A DNA stretch of 42,293 nucleotides. It comes from Octopus bimaculoides. Lineage: Eukaryota. The position numbers and the translations under genes are program-made. Below, in pieces: positions 33,824 through 42,293 of the stretch; position 1 is the stretch's first letter; each line of letters begins with the position of its first letter. The stretch is taken from contig NC_068989.1 of the NCBI RefSeq assembly GCF_001194135.2, positions 80,437,688 through 80,479,980 of the forward strand, given 5' to 3'. The notes below the pieces were generated by a model. The model made no database searches and had not been told where the DNA came from. It worked only from the letters and a program-made list of their open reading frames with translations.

Positions 33824-34414
33824 TTGTTTTTCTATTAGTTACTGACAAGTATAAATATGACTAATACGATTTTCTATTTATGAATATCTGAGTCCATTTG
33901 TATGAAACAATTGTATAGCAACAGGAAAAATAAAAAATTAATCCATTTTTAGAATGCTCCTCCATTACATAAATATGAATGAATTTGTTGAACTTTTTTT
34001 AATAAGTTTAGTAATATAATGATTATTTCTATACAAGCTTTCATACCTATACGAATTTATACAAGAAAATTCGAAAGTAAAGTATGAAAAAAAGACATTA
34101 GAAATCTTAAGAAAAAAATTCATTAAAAGATCAACATAAATTCATCCGATAAAATATATAAAAGAAATATAATATATATATATATACACGAGTGAACAAA
34201 AAGAAAGACGTAAGAAGCAGCGTATAGCAGATTTCGTTAGTGATACACGTATTTAATAACATTTTAACTTAACTCTACATTACTTAAAGTTTCATTGTTG
34301 TAGAATACATTTAACTCATCAGATATTCAAAATATAGGTGTAAGTATGCATATCTTTGTACATATGTATGTGTATACACAAATATATACACACACACACA
34401 CACACACACATATT

Positions 34415-34650
34415 CTTTTACTCTTTTACTTGTTTCAGTCATTTGACTGCGGCAATGCTGGAGCACCGCCTTTAGTCGAACAAATAGAACCCAAGAATTA
34501 CTCTTTGTAAGCCTAGTACTTATTATATGGGTGTCTTTTGCCGAATCGCTAAGTGACGGGGGACGTAAACACACCAACATCGGTTGTCAAGCGATTGTCG
34601 GGGGACAAACGCAGACACCAATGACAAACACACACATACATATATAAGTG
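34415..34650 (-). mobile_element. Young family C SINE 3' module (remainder probably in the gap)
   Basis: cttgtttcagtcatttgactgcggcaatgctggagcaccgcctttagtcg..ggggacaaac. Confidence 0.9.
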
Positions 34651-36233
34651 TGTGTGTGTGTGTGTGNNNNNNNNNNNNNNNNNNNNNNNNNNNNNNNNNN
34701 NNNNNNNNNNNNNNNNNNNNNNNNNNNNNNNNNNNNNNNNNNNNNNNNNNNNNNNNNNNNNNNNNNNNNNNNNNNNNNNNNNNNNNNNNNNNNNNNNNNN
34801 NNNNNNNNNNNNNNNNNNNNNNNNNNNNNNNNNNNNNNNNNNNNNNNNNNNNNNNNNNNNNNNNNNNNNNNNNNNNNNNNNNNNNNNNNNNNNNNNNNNN
34901 NNNNNNNNNNNNNNNNNNNNNNNNNNNNNNNNNNNNNNNNNNNNNNNNNNNNNNNNNNNNNNNNNNNNNNNNNNNNNNNNNNNNNNNNNNNNNNNNNNNN
35001 NNNNNNNNNNNNNNNNNNNNNNNNNNNNNNNNNNNNNNNNNNNNNNNNNNNNNNNNNNNNNNNNNNNNNNNNNNNNNNNNNNNNNNNNNNNNNNNNNNNN
35101 NNNNNNNNNNNNNNNNNNNNNNNNNNNNNNNNNNNNNNNNNNNNNNNNNNNNNNNNNNNNNNNNNNNNNNNNNNNNNNNNNNNNNNNNNNNNNNNNNNNN
35201 NNNNNNNNNNNNNNNNNNNNNNNNNNNNNNNNNNNNNNNNNNNNNNNNNNNNNNNNNNNNNNNNNNNNNNNNNNNNNNNNNNNNNNNNNNNNNNNNNNNN
35301 NNNNNNNNNNNNNNNNNNNNNNNNNNNNNNNNNNNNNNNNNNNNNNNNNNNNNNNNNNNNNNNNNNNNNNNNNNNNNNNNNNNNNNNNNNNNNNNNNNNN
35401 NNNNNNNNNNNNNNNNNNNNNNNNNNNNNNNNNNNNNNNNNNNNNNNNNNNNNNNNNNNNNNNNNNNNNNNNNNNNNNNNNNNNNNNNNNNNNNNNNNNN
35501 NNNNNNNNNNNNNNNNNNNNNNNNNNNNNNNNNNNNNNNNNNNNNNNNNNNNNNNNNNNNNNNNNNNNNNNNNNNNNNNNNNNNNNNNNNNNNNNNNNNN
35601 NNNNNNNNNNNNNNNNNNNNNNNNNNATATATATATACAAGCATACAAATATATACATACATACATATATACATTCGTGCTATTCCACTTTTATATTGAG
35701 TTATTCCAGAAGTAAAAATTGATTGCGAGAAAAAAAAACTTTTAGTAATGATATAGAGAGAATGTGTTCGAAATAGTAAATTCATGCAGAGTTGCTATGA
35801 GTCGAATTCATCTAATTAGCCAACAAGTAAGGTTTTTTTTTTGTCCCCGGCAACACTGGATACCTCTCTTTTAGTTATGCTAACTTAAACTAATCACCAG
35901 AGTTTCATTAGGTTATTAGTTTCAATTCAAGACTTCCTGGAGTTATTTGAATGTCTTTTGTTCACAGGAAAATTCCAGAACTCCTATAGTTTCTCGTCAT
36001 AAAACATTATAATGAAGACAAAGTAAATTAGGGACAACAGCTTGATGTCTCGACCGTCTAGAAATACCAGCCAAATATCCGTCATCCTGTTGTTTTAAAT
36101 AAGGGCGTGCATATTAGATAATAGCTCTAAAAAAAGCGAATTATCAGAACTGCAACACATTTGATCATAAGTCTATGAGATCAGGGTTTACCTGGGGTTA
36201 AATATCAACAAGAATAACAACAGCAATAATATT

Positions 36234-36450
36234 GATTTCAAATTTTGGCACAAGGCTAGCGAATTCGGGAGAGGGGTCTAATTTATTATATCGACCTAAG
36301 TTCGTCGCTGGCACTTATTTTATCGACCTCAAAATAACAAAAAGAAGAAGTCATCCTCGGTGAAATCTGAACCTAGAACATAAAGGCAACGAAATACCAC
36401 TAACCATTTTTCCCCGGCGTGCTACCGATTCTGCCAGCTCACCGTCTTAA
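36234..36450 (-). mobile_element. Family B SINE (B2 tail)
   Basis: ttcaaattttggcacaagg..tttatcgacctc..gattctgccagctcaccgtctt. Confidence 0.85.
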
Positions 36451-36730
36451 AGGCAGCAAAAACATTACCAACTGCAATACATCATATATTTAGTTTCAGT
36501 TGTTCGTCTTAGTTACATTATACATTGTCTTCATCATATAATGTATGTGTGCGCGCACGTGTGTGTGTGTAGAGGTGTGATGAAGTCTAGCAAGCTGAAA
36601 CTTCGAAGTCATTGTCAACCTCATCCTTGTAAAAGTTGATACATATGTACTCTTCTAAAAAGTATTGAATCATCCTTCTGTTTAATGTTACATTGTATTT
36701 GTATATAACCATACACGAAAGCAAACGCCA

Positions 36731-36732
<2 letters not shown>

Positions 36733-36787
<55 letters not shown>
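36733..36787. repeat. (TG)n microsatellite
   Basis: Seen directly. Confidence 0.97.
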
Positions 36788-36789
<2 letters not shown>

Positions 36790-36901
36790 CAGCTGGTACA
36801 GCTTGGAAGATTTCATTAGAGATTGCGATCAGTTCAGTTGCTAAGAGTGAAGTGGAGAATCTTACTTTCCGACAGATGATGAGAGAGGGAAAGAGGCAAA
36901 C

Positions 36902-36975
<74 letters not shown>
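36902..36975. repeat. (GATA)n microsatellite
   Basis: Seen directly. Confidence 0.97.
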
Positions 36976-36976
<1 letters not shown>

Positions 36977-37615
36977 GGTGAGAGTGAAAACGATATGGTC
37001 TCTAACTTTGTGGTCAAAATACTTACACCACCAATATAGTTAAGAGGAAAAATATTGTTCGGACTAATGTACCTATATTACCCAAAACAGACGGGGGTAC
37101 CAATTTTAATTCACTATACTTTTTGAAATATTCAGATACAGTATCACCAATCAGCTTCTTTAAATAATGTTTTCCTTGAAGTTATAACTTCCAACTCGTT
37201 TATCTTATGTTTACATGTTTTATCCGTGCTTTCTTTCCATTAACGAAAAGAAATATCTAAACTTTGAAAAACATATATTGCATGCAAAACCATTTCGATT
37301 TTTTTCTCTATCATTTTTCATTAAATTCTAACATTTGAATTCCATTAAAGAAAATTTAATTGAATGGCAATGAATTAAGACATTCGTTAGGGGAGCGTCG
37401 GATAAAATAGCTTGTAGCATTCGTTCCGGGTTTTCAGTGTTTTTTAGTTCAAGTCCTACCACGGTTAACTTCGGCTTCTATCGTTTGTTGAGGTAGGGAT
37501 CGTTAAACAGAATGACAATCCAAATTTCAGGTCGGATGAATTGTCAGAGCATGGAGCGCAGTATCTGTTTCAATTCTTTGTGCTCTGAGTACAAATTCTG
37601 CCTCACATCATTCAC

Positions 37616-37712
37616 CTCTTCATGACGGGAAACGGATTCACAGGAGCCCGGATAACAGTGATGGCTCTCCGGTATCAGACAGAGCAACACGTCGGGTGGA
37701 GCAACATCTTGG
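37616..37712 (-). CDS. Candidate 97-nt exon, product unknown
   Basis: GC-richer island; acceptor ttttatgtgttaacgcag, donor GAG|gtgaat; one open frame QDVAPPDVLLCLIPESHHCYPGSCESVSRHEE. Confidence 0.3.
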
Positions 37713-39519
37713 CTGCGTTAACACATAAAACAGATTCTATAAAGAAGCAGAATAAATACTTGGCAAGAAATAAGAAAAAGGAAACTTAATTAAAACAATT
37801 AACACCTTCTTTAAGCAGACTTTCTTGTGACATCGGACGGAATTTTACAGCTAAAATACACACATATCATCCCTAAGAGTGTTATAGGATTAAATTACAA
37901 TGTTGAGCAGTAAATTGGTAGAATCGTAAGTTTGTTGTGAAAAATGTTTTGTGTTATTCGTTTCAGCTTTTACATTTTAAGTTCATATCCTGCGCAAGTC
38001 AACTAGAACTTCTATCCCATCGAGATCAATAAAATAAATTACATGTAAGGGGTTAACATACTCTCCTCTAAATTCCTATCCTTTCTAAATGCATTGACAG
38101 CATCTTTATAGCATCACAAACAAGGACTTATGGTATTTCTTCGGACTCATTTTCATCCGTATGGGCTCGTTATTATAAAAAACTAGTCAAATACAGACGA
38201 TCGATGTAATCGACTGCTACACACCTCAAAATTTCTAGCCTTGTGATTAAATTAGAAACTATTGTTAAATTGCAATGCAACCTTCGCATGGATGATTGCA
38301 GTTTGAAGACTTATGTATCTCTGTAAAAAGAAGGAGTTCAATAAAATTGATAATCTCGAACATAGGGCACAAGATTAGAAATGTTGAGTTAGTGTGTATA
38401 CTCAATTACATTGATCCCATTATTTGATTGGTACATAGCTTGTTAGCTCCGCAAGGATGAAAGGCAAAGTTTAATGCAGAGGCTTACTAAGATAATATTA
38501 TCTCTTTAGGTGTAACAGATATTTTCCACTTCTGGTGAAAACTTCCTGTAAAGTATATTTAACCCCTCTTTACTAGTAGTGGCGGCACACTGTCCGTGTC
38601 ATTTCTTATCTTTTGAATACTTTTAAAATGCTTTAAACATATCTGCTTCTGTTTGTACAGATGACTAATGAATAAATAATAATGGTTTGCCTAATGAATT
38701 AACAAAGACAATATCTCGTGAATATCTTGTGTAATATTATTCAACTAAGAAGAATGTGTTGAAATGTGTGCTGTTTGTCATGATTTGTTTGCAAGAGCTG
38801 TTTTATGTTAGTTAATAATTCAGATGATAATGTGATTAATGTGCCATTGTTCTACTCGAAGCCAGGAAAAACCAGCTAACAGATTGGGCTGAGATAGCAA
38901 TTAACTTTCTAGATATTCTTCTACGATTGTTCCAACTTCTAATATGTCTTGTTCATTCTTTGAATCGTTCCAGTAATATTTCTAAGCCTGAATATATAAT
39001 GTTATAACAGCCATAAGTTACGGAATAAATACTTAAAAGTTGGTTTGTATTGTAAGTTCTCATTGATTCATTAGCTCATTAATTCGGTCTTTTTAAGTTT
39101 GAAACATTTATGTCCATTTTACATGAAGTAACCATCTGAACAAACGACAGTTAAAGTTTTACTGGAAACAAAAGAAAGATAATGGATTCAATAGATTTTC
39201 TGTAATATTTGCTCAAACAGAACAGTAGAGAATATATCTTAAAACTTTCGAGTGTGAGTAGCACAAACTTTAATAACTTTAGTTATAAATTTCTTTCGGT
39301 CAAAGGGATGAATACTCATATTCTGTTTCGGAGTTGACCTGTGGTCTATTGAAATAGAATAAATGACGTTAGCTTAATTCTCTTAGGTATAGTATAAATA
39401 GCTACCATAAGTAGGTACGGAATATCGTGTGAGCTGTAAGAATGATGCTCAAACGATTCTCTCTCACCATCACCTTTCCGCACCTCTTAAAATAATTTGG
39501 CAATAAAATAGAATTTGCA

Positions 39520-39622
39520 TTATCTTTTATATTTTACTTGTTTCAGTCATTGGACTGCAGCCATGCTGGAGCACCACTTTGAAGGGTTCTAGTTGAACAG
39601 ATCGATCCCAGTGCTTATTTTC
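39520..39622 (-). mobile_element. Family C SINE 3' end
   Basis: cttgtttcagtcattggactgcagccatgctggagcacc. Confidence 0.85.
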
Positions 39623-40254
39623 AAAACATAACTAGATGGTCAGAGCTGGAACGCTTTTCATATTTAGTTTGTTCACTCAGAACTTGATCTGAAGATAAAC
39701 AATAACATTAGACGAAACTAAAAATACTACAGCCCTTAATAAGAGGCTACATTCTTATTACTACTAATTCTCAAGACACTAGTAGTTACTACAGTTCTAT
39801 AGCTTTACACTACTGGCAATCCATAATTACACACACGCCATTAGAGGTTTAGCTAAATGGCCAACAGAATCCAATTGAAATGGTAATAACTTTTACCATT
39901 CCGGTGACTTATGTAATGTTCAAAACGTACCAAGAATCGTACTTCTGAGAATCGAGTTAAATCCTCATCAAACGCCAATATCAATATATTTGTTGTTCAC
40001 TTTAGGTTGTTCTTGAGTGAATAAAATAAAGATGACCTCTTAGGAATAATAAATGAACTAACTTAATAGAATAAAAGGAAGATATTAGGCGGTTGGATCG
40101 TTTCGTAACATCTTTAAATTTCAACGGAGGTCATTGGCGTGCTTGTGTGTGTGCGCGTGTGTGTGTGTGCGTGTGTGTGTGTGTGCGTGTGTGTNNNNNN
40201 NNNNGAAAAGAAAAACTCGGAGTAGCGATGAGGTGAATGGTTTAGCTGACGCCG

Positions 40255-40384
40255 ACGACGAAGACGACGGAGGAGGAGGAGGAGCAGGAGGAGGAACAGC
40301 AGCAGGAGGAGGAGGAGGAGCAGGAGGAGGAGCAGGAGGAGCAGGAACAGGAACAGCAGGAGGAGGAGCAGGAGGAGCAGGAGG
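40255..40384. repeat. (GGA/GCA) trinucleotide repeat
   Basis: Seen directly. Confidence 0.9.
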
Positions 40385-40884
40385 GTAAGCAACCAGTACA
40401 TTTTTTGAAGTGTTTCCGAGAATTGGAAGGAGGAAACGGTTCCTCGCGAGTTAACCTCTGATTGGGATCATTAATATCTGCTCTACTATTTGAATGGAAG
40501 GAAAATATTACTGAAAATGCTACAAAACTCGTCAGAGTTATATCTCACTAACCGATTGATTATGATGGCTCAGGTTATAGACCTAATAATTACTGCTTGC
40601 TGTGGGAAATTATTTCGAATCAATTTAGTTTTAGCATCGCAAATTGATGCCCAGAAGGATCAAACTTTATTTCTGTAACTTATATTTTAGATATGTATAG
40701 TTTTAGTATTTACCTGAAGCTCCGACCAACTGTAGAATAAAATTGGAAGTTTACATTAAAATGAGAAATTAAAATATATAAAACTTCTAACAAGTTAGCA
40801 TAAAGAAATTGAGAGAAATGTCTGGTATTACTACACGTGTCTAGTAGTATTTAAGAAATTTTAGATTACTCAGTAATAATAACA

Positions 40885-41545
40885 GTTTTAAATTTTGGCT
40901 CAAGGTTAGCAATTTCAGAGTAGGCCATAATCGATTAGGGATAATCGATTAGGGATAATCAGAGTAGGGCATAATCGATAACTGGTACTTATTTTACCGA
41001 CTCCGAAAGGATGAAAGGCAAAGTCAAACTCAGCGGAATTTGAGCATAAAGTCGGATGAAATGTCGCTAAGCATTTTGTCCGAGGTGCTAATGATTCTGC
41101 TAGCTCACCGCCTTAGATCGGCTGATAATAATAATCCTTTCTTCTATATGCACAAGACCTGAAATTTGAGAGGAGGGGACTAGTCGATTATATCTCCCAC
41201 CCCCAACACTTGACTGGTACCTATTTGATCGACCTCGAAAGGATTAAAAGCAAAGTTGACCTCGGTGGAACTTGAACTTAGAACGTAGCGACAGGCGAAA
41301 TACTGCTAGGTATTTCGCCCTCCGTGCTAAGATCGGCTGGTAATAAGGGTTTCGAAGTTTGCCACAAGGGCAGCACTTTTGGGGAAGGGAGGGAATGAGT
41401 GGATTACATCACCCCCACCAGTGTTCAACTGGTATTTAATTTATCGACCCCGGAAGGATGAAAGGCAAAGTCAACTTCGGCGGAGCTTGAACTCAGAACG
41501 TAGCTAAGCATTTCGCCCGGTGTGCTAAGATCGGCTGGAAATAAT
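40885..41545 (-). mobile_element. Three tandem family B SINEs (about 40885-41114, 41136-41329, 41347-41527) with repeated agatcggctg spacers
   Basis: Three ggatgaaaggcaaagt-type domains; spacer at 41115, 41330 and 41528. Confidence 0.92.
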
Positions 41546-42092
41546 AATAACGATATTTAAGAACCGAGTTCCTCAACAATGGTAGCAGCAACATTATCGA
41601 CAGTAACAACAATAACAATCTCAAAAATAAGGAAACACTTCTACGTTTCTGATTCTAAACGAAAAACAAATGAACGCTAATATGAAAACTGCTGAAGTTT
41701 TTTGTTGTTATTTTTAGTGGGGGTGGTGTTTTTGTTTTCTGTGTGTATGTGTGTGTAAAGAAAATATTCATCGTATTTCAAATTGATTTAAGTACAAAAA
41801 TGTTATTTTACTTTATAAGGTGCAGCAAAAAATTTTCGACGCAGAAATTAATCTGCAAAAAGACAAACACTCTGAGTTATGCTAACTGCGCTAACGTAGT
41901 TCATTAATATCCACAACAGCTCGCAGTCACTATAGACGGCGATTTGTAAAAAGGCATTGGCTCTCAATGTTGATTCAATTAGTATGCAATAACCTCTTAC
42001 TGACACGTAAGTTGCTTAGCTATGAGAAAAAATAGTTCAACAATTACTGGAATTAACTCGATGCGAACATAACTAGATGCACTTGTTCACTG

Positions 42093-42097
<5 letters not shown>

Positions 42098-42132
<35 letters not shown>
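42098..42132. repeat. (TA)n microsatellite
   Basis: Seen directly. Confidence 0.95.
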
Positions 42133-42138
<6 letters not shown>

Positions 42139-42293
42139 ACATAGGCAAACCTACGCACCAAACAAATATACCAGCATGTTCATATAGTTACGTACAGATA
42201 TAAATGTGCATGACAGTGCGTGCGTGTGTGTGTGTGTGTATGTAAACATGTATATCTATGCGTGTGTCTGTATGTGTACATATATATGTGTGT

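Larger units (their letters stand above)
3078..40204. other. Ten assembly gaps: 3078-3171, 8797-9304, 10065-10521, 11660-11990, 19697-20150, 20635-21466, 24213-24784, 25232-25967, 34667-35626, 40195-40204
   Basis: N runs, mostly flanked by (TA)n or (TG)n. Confidence 0.99.

Noticed and set aside
2988-35785. Long ORFs in the supplied track containing X runs or YI/HT/CV repeats
   Set aside because: They are open only because of N gaps and dinucleotide microsatellites
40205-40384. Gly-rich exon ending at a gtaagc donor
   Set aside because: Explained by a GGA/GCA microsatellite, and the 5' side abuts a gap; not excluded but unsupported
41110-41550. CRISPR array
   Set aside because: Eukaryotic context, only about 10-17 nt repeats, spacers are homologous SINEs, and there are no cas genes

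Overview
AT-rich, repeat-dense eukaryotic DNA with ten N gaps (about 5 kb in total), most flanked by dinucleotide microsatellites. The tRNA-derived SINE families and microsatellite load resemble an octopus (coleoid cephalopod) draft assembly; this is an inference, with no database check. The window is mainly intronic or intergenic. It holds many SINEs built from shared modules, MITEs with target-site duplications (TSDs), and decayed Tigger/pogo, mariner, hAT, Gypsy, CR1-type, R4/Dong-type and Penelope-like fragments. No complete gene is supported, but there is a phase-compatible chain of small + strand exon candidates (about 1.95-5.98 kb, including a duplicated exon) and a few isolated candidates. 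Most notable: a hammerhead-ribozyme motif in a Penelope-like repeat (plus a weaker second one), a SINE array punctuated by a triplicated target sequence, an R4/Dong LINE inserted into a SINE's (ATT)n tail, and two long foldback hairpins. Most long ORFs in the supplied track are artefacts of N runs and microsatellites.
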